Assembly (NCBI RefSeq): GCF_039654945.1
Contig: NW_027361727.1
Location: 3,534,001 to 3,598,000, forward strand
DNA from: Dendrobates tinctorius
Taxonomy: Eukaryota
Direction: 5' to 3'
Length of the DNA: 64,000 nt
Made by a program: the position numbers and the translations under genes. Within the stretch, counting starts at the first letter, position 1, and every line of letters starts with the position of its first letter. Below the pieces are notes generated by a model. That model worked only from the letters and a program-made list of their open reading frames with translations. It had not been told where the DNA came from and searched no databases. This document shows, in pieces, positions 1 through 14,305 of this stretch.

Positions 1-3000
1 GAGGATCATTGGCTTATTTCGTCTGACCAGCATCCCTGGAATATGTGTTGGGAGACCATGGCTCCCCATCCTTTCCCGCTGGAGTCTACTTTTATAGTGA
101 TCACTGGGGGACACCTCTGCTCAAATTCTTTGTTTTTAGCCACCATGTCAACGAGGTCTTTATGCGACGAGGCATCCTTATCCAAGGATTTTTGGGATCT
201 GTCCCAGTTTGCCAGAATGTGTGTCTGAAGCATTCTGATGTTTGGCTGTGTGAATCTAGTAGGACTCCCAAGAATGTGTTTTTTGTTGCAGGAACCATAT
301 CTGACTTCTTGAGGTTCACTATCCAGTCTGGAGAAGATAAGATCTGGGTCGTCATCTGTAGATGTTCCTGCAGCATGGTTACAAAAGGAGCCACCAACAA
401 GAATACGTCGAGGGATGGAACTATGCATATGTGCTGACCTCTGATGTATGCCGTAACTTCGGATATGATCTTTGTGAAGATCCGTGGGGCCGACGATAGA
501 TCAAATAGGAAGATGTTGAACTGATAATGGACTGTGTGCTCTCCCTGGGCGATTGAGAATCTTAAAAATTTCTGATAAGTTGGATGGATCGGTATGTGAT
601 AATATGCATCCTGTAGGTCTATTGTCGCCATGATGAAATCCTGCCCAATCAGAGATACTGTTGACCTGACAGATTCCATCTTGAATTTTCTGTATGTTAT
701 GTAACGATTTAGACGTTTCAGATCGATTATGACCCGATGGGACCCTTTTTTTTTTTTTTTTTTAATGACGAACAGGTTTGAGTAATGTCCTGTTTCTTTC
801 CCTTTCCAGGACTATGGAGACTACTTTTTTAAACAATAGGCCCTTCACTCCTGCTATCAAGGTGGACTCTGGAGAGGAAAGTCGTGTTGTTTTTGGACGA
901 TATGAGGCAAATTATCTTTATTCCTTCCCTAACTGATGTTAGAGTCCATTGATTTGAACAGATCTTGTGCCACTGTGGAAGGAAGTTTGAGACGTGACCT
1001 CCTACTCTGTTGGCGTCATGGCTTATTTTGTCTCTGGCAGTTGGGAAGAAAAAGATTTCTGCCTTTCCCCCTTTCGGGTAGCTCCAGCGACCTGATTTGC
1101 CCTTCCCCTTGTACTGAGGTGTATGCTCTTGCTGGGGGCAAAAGGGCATTTTCCTAGTATTCCTAGGTTCAGGTAAGGTCTTCTTTTTATCCGAAGCTTT
1201 CTCTAAAATCTCGTCGAGGACCGGACCAAACATGCATTTCCCATTGAAGGTGGTAAAACACAATTTCATTTTTGAAGTCATGTCCCCGCTCCAGGATCTT
1301 AGCCAGAGTGCTCGTCTCACAGAGTTTGATAACCCTGATGATCTTGCTGCCACTCTTACAGATTCTGTAGAGGCATCTGCCAAGAACCCTGTTGCTTTCT
1401 GGAGGAGAGATAGAGAAGCTAGGATGTCCTCTCTGGGAGTACTTGTGGACAGGTGTTCCTCCAGCTGCCCCAGCCAACTGTACATCAATTGGGCCACACA
1501 GGTAGATACGGCGTTGGCATTTAATAAAGATGCCGAGGTTCCCCATGATTTCCTCAGTAGCGCATCCATCTTGTGTTCTAGAGGGTCCTTCAACTGTGAG
1601 GCATCCTCAAATGGTAGTGTGTTTTTTTTTTAGCTACCCGCGCAATCTGGTCGTCGACCTTTGGAATCTCTGACCAGCATGATGCAATTTTGTCGTCCAC
1701 AGGGAACCTGTCCTTTATCTCTGCCAGAATGGTTAGCCTCTTTTCTGGGGATTCCCACTTCTCCAGCACCAGGTCCCAGATGTTTTTATGAATGGGAAAC
1801 ACCCGCTTCTTCCTAGAATGGAGACCCCCAAACATTTCTTCTTGTACCACCTAGGCAGTCTTTTCTTCCTCAATCTCCATGGTCCTCCTTACTGCCTATA
1901 TCACCTGAGGAGAAATAATCTCTCCCTGTTGGGAAACATCTGGGTCTAGGATTAATTCGCCTTCTTCCAGAGGTTCATCTGGGATTGACATTTCATCCTG
2001 AGAGTCACCATTCCCATCCTCTTCTAGATTAAGCTTCCTCCTTTTAGCTTCTGGAGGGACATTGGGAGAGGGGGCGGGCTGGGGAAAAAGCGGCCAGGGA
2101 GGTTTTTTTTATCTCCTGTTGGATTAGGCCCTTAATTTCTTCCATCAAGGATGGTTGCTCTTCCCTGATGACTTTAGGGGGCTTTACATATAGCGATATC
2201 GCTAAAGCGTCACCGATTTTGTGAAGTAGCAGCGATATTGCTAGCGATATCGCTGTGTGTGATACTTACCTCCGACCGGCTCCCCCGCTGGCTATCGCTG
2301 ATCACGCGAGAACGTCCTGGGGCGTTTCTCAGCGGCGGCTTCCTGCTGGCGCTGATGAGTGACGCGTGGACGCGGGCGGAGAACGTCATCATCGCCGCGT
2401 CTGACAGGTAAGTAACGACCGCTGCTGCGTTGTTGCTGAGATCTGCCTGTATGGCAGCTCACTAGCGAGCATTTAGCGATGCGCCAGCGATCCTGACCGG
2501 GTCATATTGTGGTCGGGATCACTGGTGCATCGCTAAATGTAACGGGGCCCTTTCTCAGTGCACTCTTTGCATAATATCTTCTTTTTTTGTACAGACTGCA
2601 CCAAGTGCCAGAGTACTTACTGGGACTGGGAGGGTTCTGGGATTCACAAATACAGAGCGAGAGGAACCTGACATCTCCATGCTGCTACCACACAGTGGTC
2701 CTACCTTAGATGTCTTCCTTGTCCAGGGCTCTTATATGGACTTTCAGAACCTGTCCTCTGATTAATCAGAAGACCTACTCCCTCCGATGTCCAGGTGTGT
2801 GGGGGGGGGGGGGGGGAGGTCCCGCCGACACCATCTGTGCTGTGTTGCTCATGTGCTCCAGCGTGGAACGCAAGAATCTCTGTGCTAAAGCCGGCCGGCG
2901 TGTGACGTCACCTCCTGCCGCCAGCTTCAGACCTGTAAGTTCTCGCGTGTGCATGCCCAGTGCAACACGCTGCCTGGATCCACATGCCGGAGGAGAGGAG

Positions 3001-3322
3001 GCTGGAGAGCTCCGAGAGGCCTCCGGCCGAAGAATCCCCCACAGACCTTACCCGAAAGTGAGGACTGGAGGGGGGTCCTGAGTCCTGAACAGCGCTCGGA
3101 GAGGAGTGGTAAGTCCCTCGCCGCCCGGCTTGAATTCATTCCCCACCCCCGATGACTGTTGCCGACACAGCACACCGAGGATGACCTCTTCATCCCTAGT
3201 AGGGACAGGAAAGAAGACTGAGGGGGAGGATGTGGGAGAGGTTATTTAACCTCTTTGATATTTCCTGTCCTTATTAGGTAATATCCTCTGATGTGCTGTA
3301 GTGGGGGGTTACTAGAGAAAAA
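1..3322 (-). mobile_element. DIRS1-type retrotransposon copy A (degenerate; 3' part runs off the window start)
   Basis: Gag-like fragments at 829-1850 (KDPL..K.D.LL, S.RRALWL..W.GD). RT fragment at 101-679 (DLQDAYYH, SSAPRIFTK). RNaseH-like 'VDSSGKGWGA'. Left terminal region about 3195-3322. Multiple frameshifts. Confidence 0.88.
2177..2550. mobile_element. Harbinger/PIF-like MITE inserted in DIRS copy A ORF1
   Basis: Imperfect TIRs (gggggctttaca...tgtaacggggccc) and an AGCGAT/ATCGCT-rich body shared with 18863, 48517 and 54569. It interrupts CKECTEK|VIREEQ. Confidence 0.8.
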
Positions 3323-3852
3323 AACCCACTAAGAACCATTTTTCCAATTAAAAAAGCCAATAAAACCGAAAAGATGTTCAACAGTGCGACTTCATTTAAA
3401 AGGTAATAACATACATTAAGACCTCTGCAGAATGTCTTTCCAAAGGGTTAGGGTTAGGGTTAGCCAGAAACTTCAAGACGGTGTCACAAAGGCCACCGAT
3501 TGCCCAACCCCCTATGGATTCCCATTGCAAAGAAATTAGCTATTTGCTTGACGTCAGGATGTTCTCCAAAAACCAGTAATAGATTATGCTTGGCTCAGCT
3601 ATGGTTGACTTGCTGGATTGATTTTCAGTCAGCCACAAGAGCGGTTTCCTACCAGCATAAAACACAATCAAGGTCCATCAACATTGATTGTCATAGAAAT
3701 GGACTTCAGAGGTTTTATTTATTTCTCTAGGAGAAAATTTACATGAGATGGAAAATCCTCAAGAGACAAAACAAAGAAAAGATTAAAAAAAGGGGAAAAA
3801 AGACCTGAGAGCTGAAATATAAGATGGTCAATTCCATACAGGCTTAGCCAGA

Positions 3853-5390
3853 GGCAGTATTATAGTAGTTATATTCTTGTACATAGGGGGCAGTATTATA
3901 GTAGTTATATTCTTGTACATAGGGGCAGTATTATAGTAATTATATTCTTGTACATAGGGGGCAGTATTATAGTAGTTATATTCTTGTACATAGGGGGCAG
4001 TATTATAGTAGTTATATTCTTGTACATAGGGGGCAGTATTATAGTAGTTATATTCTTGTACATAGGAGTAGTATTATAATAGTTATATTATTAAAATATT
4101 TATAATACTGCCCCTCTGTAAAAGAATATAACTGCTATAATACTGCTCCTCTGTACAAGAATATAACTGCTATAATACTGCTCCTCTGTACAAGAATACA
4201 ACTACTATAACACTCTCCCCTATGTACAAGAATATAACTACTATAACACTACCTCCTATGTACAAGAATATAACTACTATAATACTGCTCCTATGTACAA
4301 GAATATAACTACTATAATACTGCTCCTATGTACAAGAATATAACTACTATAATACTGCCCCCTATGTACAAGAATATAACTACTATAATACTGCCCTCTA
4401 TGTACAGGAATATAACTACTATAATACTACCCCTATGTACAAGAATATAACTACTATAATACTGCACCTATGTGCAAGAATATAACTACTATAATACTGC
4501 TCCTATGTACAAGAATATAACTACTATAATACTGCTCCTATGTACAAGAATATAACTACTATAATACTGTCCCTATGTACAAGAATATAACTACTATAAT
4601 GCTACCCCTATGTACTAGAATACAACTACTATAACACTCTCCCCTATGTACAAGAATATAACTACTATAATACTGCCCCTCTGTACAAGAATACAACTAC
4701 TATAACACTCTCCCCTATGTACAAGAATGTAACTACTGTAATACTGCTTCTATGTACAAGAATATGACTACTATAACACTCTTCCCTATGTACAAGAATA
4801 TAACTACTATAACACTACCTCTTATGTACAAGAATATAACTACTATAATACTGCTCCTATGTACAAGAATATAACTACTATAATACTGCTCCTATGTACA
4901 AGAATATAACTACTTTAATACTGCCCCTATGTACAAGAATATAACTACTATAATACTGCCCTCTATGTACAGGAATATAACTACTATAATACTACCCCTA
5001 TGTACAAGAATATAACTACTATAATACTGCACCTATGTGCAAGAATATAACTACTATAATACTGTCCCTATGTACAAGAATATAACTACTATAATACTGT
5101 CCCTATGTACAAGAATATAACTACTATAATGCTACACCTATGTACAAGAATATAACTACTATAATACTGCCCTCTATGTACAAGAATGTAACTACTGTAA
5201 TACTGTTTCTATGTACAAGAATATAACTACTATAATACTGCCCCTATGTACAAGAATATAACTACTATAATACTGCCCCTAAGTACAAGAATATAACTAC
5301 TATAATACTGCCCCTCTGTACAAGAATGTAACGACTACGTTACTGCTCCTTTACATAAGAATGTAAGCACTATAATATTGCTCCTATGTA
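3853..5390. repeat. 35-36 bp minisatellite (gcagtattatagtagttatattcttgtacataggg) with an orientation switch at about 4095
   Basis: About 7 forward units at 3853-4090, then about 36 reverse-complement units at 4098-5390. Confidence 0.95.
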
Positions 5391-6554
5391 CAAGTATACA
5401 AAAAAAAAGGTAAAAATAAAATACTGCTGCTGCGGTTACACAAAACAAGGATGAAACGTTTTTCCAATTGAACCATAAACAAGAATTATTGTGATATCTC
5501 TTGTTGACCTTGATGAAATAAAATTCCTGTAGACATGCAGCCTTGATAATAACGACGAGTGTTCTGCCTTTTTCTTGGTGACCGTGAACACAAACTTTTA
5601 CAAGCCGTTCAAAGGAAGGGAAAAATACACAACAGGAAAATGATCTATTCAATGAGAAGAAAGGAAATTAAATGTTGTCATGGCGGTTTTTATCCGGAGG
5701 GGGTCATTTATCATTGTGATAGTGCCGGCCTCATGCGTATCACTGAAGATACAATGAACCAGTTGGGAACACAAAGACGGAGGATAATGTTCTTGTGATG
5801 GGGTTTAGCCAGGCATGAAGGAGCATCGGTCCCACACCCTGCAGTGGGACGCACGAGACCGGAGGATAATCCACCACTAAATCCTCAGAATCGCTCTTTT
5901 CCTTTTAGTGATCAGTCAACGTCTCAGCTTCTCGAACTGAAAACTTCTGGACTGTCACTTTTAAAAGGACAGCTAACGTCCTAGAATCTGGTAAAGCGGA
6001 AGATGGAGCCAATAATCGTCCGCACTGTAAACCTGTATATCCAGCTGGGAACCACTGCACAGCCACAGCTCATGTAAGAGGGCAGGGTGGAAGGCACCTT
6101 GCTGAGGATGACAGTACATCATGATGCATGCACAGATAGTACTGCCTCCCTGTCTTTTCCACCAATTTACAAAGGATCAGGTATTACTGCCTCTCCATGT
6201 AAACAATGTGGACACAAAATATTACTGTCTCCTTGTACAATGTATGTATCCATTGTTCTACATGTAAAACATGCAGGAAGTCAGTTTTACCTTTGTCTAG
6301 ACATATAATAAATGCACATATTAATACCTCCCTTTATTTACCTATTCATGGGTGGGTGCAGAAAGTACTGTGCCTCTGCCTCTTCCTTACCAGGACGAGT
6401 ATTAGATATTACTGCAACCCTGACTTTCTGTACTATAAATTATGTAAGTATATACAATACTACCTCCTGATCTTCCCCTATAAATAAAGTAGGGGCACAC
6501 TGTACTGCCTTCCCATCACTCCCTGTTAGTGATGAAGGTACAAATAGTACTGTC

Positions 6555-7192
6555 TCAGGTCCAGATAGTGCTGCCTCTCCCTGCTGGTGACACAGGTCCA
6601 GATGGTGCTGCCTCTCCCTCTTGGTGACGCAGGTCCAGACGGAGCTGCCTCTTCCCTGTTGGTGACACAGGTCCAGACGGAGCTGCCTCTTCCCTGTTGG
6701 TGACACAGGTATAGATGGAGCCGCCTCTTCCTGTTGGTGACGCAGGTCCAGACGGAGCCGCCTCTCCGTTGGTGACACAGGTCCAGACGGAGCCACATCT
6801 CCCTGTTGGTGACACAGGTCCAGACGGAGCCGCCTCTCCCTGTTGGTGACACAGGTCCAGACGGAGCCGCCTCTCCCTGTTGGTGACACAGGTCCAGACG
6901 GAGCCGCATCTCCCTGTTGGTGACACAGGTCCAGATGGAGCCGCCTCTCCCTGTTGGTGACCCAGGCCCAGATGGAGCCGCCTCTCCCTGTTGGTGACCC
7001 AGGTTCAGATGAAGCCGCCTGTCCCTGTTGGTGAACAAGGTCTAGATGGCGCTGCCCCTTCCTTTTGGTGATGCAGATCCAGACGACGCTGCCTCTCCCT
7101 GGTGGTGACGCAGGTCCGGATGACACTGCTCCTTCCTTTTAGTGATGCAGGTCCAGACGACGCTGCCCCTTCCATTTGGTGATGCAGGTCCA
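6555..7192. repeat. 37-bp GC-rich minisatellite (gtccagacggagccgcctctccctgttggtgacacag)
   Basis: Direct tandem units with a 37-bp period (e.g. 6781, 6818). Confidence 0.93.
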
Positions 7193-8949
7193 CATAATAC
7201 TACGTCAGTGGGCTCTATGACAATGGTTACATCTGCCATGAGCAGGCATTCATGCCAGCTCCATAACAAATATCTATGTCATGCTGATGTCTCAAGTACT
7301 GCTGCTGTATCCACAAGATCAAGACATAACGTGGATTAGTGGGAACTTCAATCCCCACAGTTTTACTCCTCACATGTTTAAGTCAATAGCAACTGTGGAA
7401 TCTGCTTATTCATTGCCGAAAATGGGAGACGTTCACTGGTTGGTGACGCATTATTACTGAAACCAGTGGCCCAACAATGGACCCAGCCAAAGCTGCCATC
7501 TTAGTGCTCCTATTAGACCCAGACGCACCTGTGAAGTATTCCAGTGATGATGTTGGTAAAGCTCTGGGGAAATAATGGCGCTATATAAGTGAGTAAAGTA
7601 AAAAATATATATATTACAGTAACTATTATGAGTCAACCATGTTCTAGTCCCCTTGTGGGTATAAAATAAAAAAGTGAAGGTTTTAGAAAACTGAAAAAAA
7701 ATAAAACTAAGAAGCCAAAAACTTTTTCCCGTCCATAAGTTGCTTTTTTATGTAAAATAAAAAAATGTTCTATTAGTATCACCTTGTTTATAATGACCCA
7801 ATCTACAAAAATAACACATAACTCAACCCATCTGGAAAAATGTTAAAAAAAATAAAAAAATAAAAGCCAACATGTCAGTTTTCATTCAGCCATCCTCAAA
7901 AAAAAGTAAAGGAAAATTGATAACGAAAAACCCAACACAAATATATCCAAAATAGTTACAATAAAAAGATCATGTGATCCCACAAAAACAGGCCCAAAAC
8001 ATACAAAACAACAGAACAAAATCTTGTCCCTACTTGTCATGTTACATGTCACAAAATATCAATTCAAAAAAATTAAACTGCAGAATTGTTGTATTTTTTC
8101 CATCCTTGCCTCTAAAAGAAAACTATTAAAAGTTTTTTACAGACATTTTATGTACCCAAAAATGGTGTCATTAATAGACAAATGAGATGTACACAGAGTT
8201 CTACTTACAAATGGTCTCCAGGGAATGATACACAGGTATACAATGTATCAGAAAACAAGAAATAACAAACATTGCGAAATCAAACTTGCAGAACAAGCCG
8301 TCACGACGAAGAATTAAGTGCAATGGCTCAAATCAATCTATAGATATGAGCACATAACATGACGTGAATGGAAAAAATATTACAGACTTCACTGGGCGAG
8401 GGGGCCGGGGTCTCCACTCGGGTGCAGGGGTCCTGCCCTGAATAATCATCACTTTAACCAGTAAAAGAAATCAATGATTGTGAACTCTGTGGGGAAGGAA
8501 CAGCGGGACCAAAGCTCAATATAAAGTTATCGCTCGTGATGAGCCCGGAATGATGGGATTCTCAGGAAATCCTGCAGGAAAGCTGAAGACACGAGATCCT
8601 GCCATCACTCCTGACACGTTCTGTAGGAACGCTGATGGGATATTCTGGCACAGCGGGGATTCACATCTGAGAGTCATTTATGTCAACCATGCTCATGATG
8701 GACTCAAAAAGATTTCTGCTTCTCAACCTGGAACAGGTGATCTCATATCACCGCATCATGCCCCGAACACTTCATATCATAGACATGCACAATACACAGT
8801 CAGTGGTGGAAATAAATGGTGTCCTGAAGATTTCTAAGGGCCAACACCTATGTAGCAATGTCCTATCATGGCCACCTGCTGTGAGGCATCATCCACACTT
8901 ATCACAAGCCACGTAGGAATTATAGAGGTCACGTAGGAGAAGGCGAGAA

Positions 8950-11330
8950 ATGTCTGCACACAGTGACTGCACCAGCAGAATAGTGAGTGCAGCTCTGGGG
9001 TATAATACAGAATGTAACTCAGGATCAGTAATGTAATGTATGTGCACAGTGACTGCACCAGCAGAATAGTGAGTGCAGCTCTGCAGTATAATACAGGATG
9101 TAACTCAGGATCAGTAATGTATGTGCACAGTGACTGCAGCAGCAAAATAGTGAGTGCAGCTCTGGGGTATAATACAGGATGTAACTCAGGATCAGTAATG
9201 TAATGTATGTACACAGTGTCTGCACCAGCAGAATAGTGAGTGCAGCTCTGCAGTATAATACAGGATGTAACTCAGGATCAGTAATGTAATGTATGTACAC
9301 AGTGACTGCACCAGCAGAATAGTGAGTGCAGCTCTGGAGTATAATACAGGATGTAACTCAGGATTAGTAATGTAATGTATGTACACAGTGACTGCACCAG
9401 CAGAATAGTGAGTGCAGCTCTGGAGTATAATACAGGATGTAACTCAGGATCAGTAATGTAACGTCTGCACACACTGACTGCACCAGCAGAATAGTGAGTG
9501 CAGCTCTGGAGTATAATACAGGATGTAACTCAGGATCAGTAATGTAATGTATGTACACAGTGACTGCACCAGCAGAATAGTGAGTGCAGCTCTGGAGTAT
9601 AATACAGGATGTAACTCAGGATCAGTAATGTAATGTCTGCACACACTGACTGCACCAGCAGAATAGTGAGTGCAGCTCTGGAGTATAATACAGGATGTAA
9701 CTCAGGATCAGTAATGTAATGTATGTACACAGTGACTGCACCAGCAGATAGTGAGTGCAGCTCTGGGGTATAATACGGGATGTAACTCAGGATCAGTAAT
9801 GTAATGTACACAGTGACTGCACCAGCAGAATAGTGAGTGCAGCACTGGGGTATAATAAAGGATGTAACTCAGGATCAGTAATGTAATGTATGTACACAGT
9901 GTCTGCACCAGCAGAATAGTGAGTGCAGCTCTGCAGTATAATACAGGATGTAACTCAGGATCAGTAATGTAATGTATGTACACAGTGAGTGCAGCTCTGC
10001 AGTATAATACAGGATGTAACTCAGGATCAGTAATGTAATGTATGTACACAGTGACTGCACCAGCAGAATAGTGACTGCAGCTCTGGGGTATAATACAGGA
10101 TGTACCTCAGGATCAGTAATGTAATGTATGTACACAGTGACTGCACCAGCAGAATAGTGAGTGCAGCTCTGCAGTATAATACAGGATGTAACTCAGGATC
10201 AGTAATGTAATGTATGTACACAGTGACTGCACCAGCAGAATAGAGAGTGCAGCTCTGGAGTATAATACAGGATGTCACTCAGGATCAGTAATGTAATGTA
10301 TGTACACAGTGACTCCACCAGCAGAATAGTGAGTGCAGCTCTGGGGTATAATACAGGAGGTAACTCAGGATCAGTAATGTAATGTATGTACACAGTGACT
10401 GCACCAGCAGAATAGAGAGTGCAGCTCTGGAGTATAATACAGGATGTCACTCAGGATCAGTAATGTAATGTATGTACACAGTGACTGCACCAGCAGAATA
10501 GTGAGTGCAGCTCTGGAGTATAATACAGTATGTCACTCAGGATCAGTAATGTAATGTATGTACACAGTGACTCCACCAGCAGAATAGTGAGTGCAGCTCT
10601 GGGGTATAATACAGGAGGTAACTCAGGATCAGTAATGTAATGTTTGTACACAGTGACTGCACCAGCAGAATAGTGAGTGCAGCTCTGGGGTATAATACAG
10701 GAAGTAACTCAGGATCAGTAATGTATGTACACAGTGACTGCACCAGCAGAATAGTGAGTGCAGCTCTGGAGTATAATACAGGATGCAACTCAGGATCAGT
10801 AATGTAATGTATGTACACAGTGACTGCACCAGCAGAATAGTGAGTGCAGCTCTGGAGTATAATACAGGATGTAACTCAGGACCAGTAATGTATGTACACA
10901 GTGAATGCACCAGCGGAATAATGAGTGCAGCTCTGGAGTATAATACAGGATGTAACTCAGGATCAGTAATGTAATGTATGTACACAGTGTCTCCACCAGC
11001 AGAATAGTGAGTTCAGCTCTGGAGTATAATACAGGATGTAACTCAGGATCAGTACAGGATTAGTAATGTAATGTATGTACACAGTGACTGTACCAGCAGA
11101 ATAATGAGTGCAGCTCTGGAGTATAATACAGGATGTAACTCAGGATCAGTAATGTATGTACACAGTGACTGCACCAGCAGAATAGTGAGTGCAGCACTGG
11201 GGTATAATACAGGATATAACTCGGGATCAGTAATGTAATGTATGTACACAGTGACTGCACCAGCAGAATAGTGAGTGCAGCTCTGGAGTATAATACAGGA
11301 TGCAACTCAGGATCAGTAACGTAATGTATA
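8950..11330 (-). repeat. 86-bp satellite array (with 81-bp variants), opposite orientation to the other arrays of this family
   Basis: Reverse complement of ctgatcctgagttacatcctgtattatactccagagctgcactcactattctgctggtgcagtcactgtgtacatacattacatta, about 27 units. Confidence 0.95.
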
Positions 11331-12689
11331 CAGACAGTATAGATATATATACGTATACTGTATAGTATAAAAGAATACACGTAAAAGTGATATATTTACA
11401 AAGTGTTACACATAAATAGATTTCTTGTATGAGGGAAGTGTGAGTATTTCATGTTTTTTTTCATCAGTCTCCTCACTTTCCGGACAATCGGTTCTCTGTC
11501 TGTAACAATCGGTTCTGCTGTAATGAAGACAAATCTTGGAGTTGGACGTTTTAATCACATTCAGCACTGACGTATTTTATTTCAATAGAAAACTTGTCAT
11601 TTCCGTGAAAAGAAGCAATTTTAGGGCCGGTTAGTTTAGTGGATTCAATTTACAGGGTCAAAACCAGGTCAATGCGACTAAAGACCCTCAGAAAGTGTGG
11701 CACGATTGGCACGTTTCATGCCCAAGCTGTGCGCGGTGCGTTCTGTATAATTCCATTGACAGAAACAAGAAAGCCATTTTCCTGCGAGAATGAGCTCTGT
11801 GGGTAATGAGAACAGCGGGGATGATGGAGGACGGGATGAAGTGCTGGCACGCGCCTGGAATATAGAGATGAGGCCGCGGCTGCAGACCTGACAGAGGATT
11901 ACCGCTATAGCGTGGGGGGCACAAATTTATGGGCTGCACGGTACAGGACACAGCGCTCACAATACAACGGCCCGTTCTAGAAGCACATGAAGGAGGATGA
12001 AGATATTAATGGAAATTTTATTTGCCCAAATCGATCATTTCGCGGCCACCTGGATCCCATCCGATATGGCCACTGTCACATCTCCAGTAATGATTGTCAC
12101 TACGTGGTACCAGACTGCTATAATCACATCTGCCCCTCGTGCTGCGCTGTAACACCACTGTACGTCACCGGGACATGAAGATCAGAGTCTGGGAAAGTAG
12201 GGTAAACCTCGAATAGTTAATATATTAATTATCACAATACTTCCCCGAACACAGATCTAATGGCCGAGCCGAACTTCTGACACCTTCACAGCAGAGGAGC
12301 GCTCGAGGGCGGGTAGACAATGCCCATGTACTGTGCCTTAATTTGTCATCATGGGTCACACCTCTATATGGCTGCAGATTAGCTGGAAATTCTCTGGGAA
12401 GAGACAAAAGCTGCAGAGACGTTTGCAAGATGGAGCAAATGTAATCCCGAGCCGTCCAAAACTCAAGAGTGATTTACTTTACCCAGAAGGTTTCCATTCA
12501 TCAGGAGAACTAATGTCTCTGTATGTAGACAACCAGCGATGTCCTCACCGGAGCTCATCAGACACGTGAAAAAGAAGGAATCGGCAGCGATACATGTTAT
12601 ATACAGACACCTGCTATATATCAGCACTGATACACAGCGCTATTATATACCAGCACCGATACATGTTATACACAGACATCTGCTATATA

Positions 12690-14305
12690 CAGTCATATGT
12701 AAAAGTTTGGGCACCCCTATTAATGTTAACCTTTTTTCTTTATAACAATTTTGGTTTTTGCAACAGGTATTTCAGTTTCATATATCTAATAACTGATGGA
12801 CTCAGTTATATTTCTGGATTCAAATGAGGTTTATTGTACTAACAGAAAATGTGTAATCTGCATTTAAACAAAATTTGACCGGTGCAAAAGTATGGGCACC
12901 CTTATCATTTTCTTGATTTGAACACTCCTAACTACTTTTTACTGACTTCCTGAAGCACTAAATTGGTTTTGTAACCTCATTGAGCTTTGAACTTCATAGC
13001 CAGGTATATCAAATCATGAGAAAAGGTATTTAAAGTGACCACTTGCAAGTAGTTCTCCTATTTGATTCTCCTATGAAGAGTGGCATCATGGGCTCCTCAA
13101 AACAACTCTCAAATGATCTGAAAACAAAGATTATTCAACATAGCTTTTCAGGGGAAGGATACAAAAAGTTGTCTCAGAGATTTAACCTGTCAGTTTCCAC
13201 TGTGAGGAACATAGTTAGGAAATGGAAGAACACAAGTACAGTTCTTGTTAAGCCCAGAAGTGGCAGGCCAAGAAAAATATCAGAAAGGCAGAGAAGAAGA
13301 ATGGTGAGAACAGTCAAGGACAATCCACAGAACACCTCCAAAGACCTGCAGCATCATCTTGCTGCAGATGGTGTCACTGTGCATCGGTCAACAATACAGC
13401 GCATGCATAACGCCTTTTTGGATGACCAAACAACTCAGTCTTTGTTTCATCAGTCCACAGGACCTTCTTCCAAAATGTAACTGGCTTGTCCAAATGTGCT
13501 TTTGCATACCTCAGGCGACTCTGTTTGTGGCGTGCTTGCAGAAACGGCTTCTTTCGCATCACTCTCCCATACAGCTTCTCCTTGTGCAAAGTGCGCTGTA
13601 TTGTTGACCGATGCACAGTGACACCATCTGCAGCAAGATGATGCTGCAGGTCTTTGGAGGTGGTCTGTGGATTGTTCTTGACTGTTCTCACCATTCTTCT
13701 TCTCTGCCTTTCTGATATTTTTCTTGGCCTGCCACTTCTGGGCTTAACAAGAACTGTACCTGTGTTCTTCCATTTCCTTATTATGTTCCTCACAGTGGAA
13801 ACTGACAGGTTAAATCTCTGAGACAACTTTTTGTATCCTTCCCCTGAAAAGCTATGTTGAATAATCTTTGTTTTCAGATCATTTGAGAGTTGTTTTGAGG
13901 AGCCCATGATGCCACTCTTCATAGGAGAATCAAATAGGAGAACTACTTGCAAGTGGCCACCTTAAATACCTTTTCTCATGATTGGATACACCTGGCTATG
14001 AAGTTCAAAGCTTAATGAGGATACAAAACCAATTTAGTGCTTCAGGAAGTCAGTAAAAAGTAGTTAGGAGTGTTCAAATCAAGAAAATGATAAGGGTGCC
14101 CATACTTTTGCACCGGTCAAATTTTGTTTAAATGCAGATTGCACATTTTCTGTTAGTACAATAAACCTCATTTGAATCCAGAAATATAACTGAGTCCATC
14201 AGTTATTAGATATATGAAACTGAAATAGCTGTTGCAAAAACCAAAATTGTTATAAAGAAAAAAGGTTAACATTAATAGGGGTGCCCAAACTTTTACATAT
14301 GACTG
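12690..14305. mobile_element. Palindromic (foldback) Tc1/mariner derivative made of two inverted 5' halves
   Basis: TA|cagtcatatgtaaaagtttgggcacc...ggtgcccaaacttttacatatgactg|TA. Near-identical transposase N-terminal ORFs lie on both strands (13043-13480 +, 13374-13952 -). Confidence 0.93.

Noticed and set aside
3444-3463. (TTAGGG)-like run
   Set aside because: It has only about 3 units, too short to call an interstitial telomere.
6440-7269. Overlapping repetitive ORFs
   Set aside because: They come from the 37-bp minisatellite; the same peptides cycle through all frames.
8834-11380. Many 'MYIHYITDPELHPVLY' ORFs and a CRISPR-like periodicity
   Set aside because: This is an 86-bp tandem satellite with no unique spacers and no cas genes, in a eukaryotic context.
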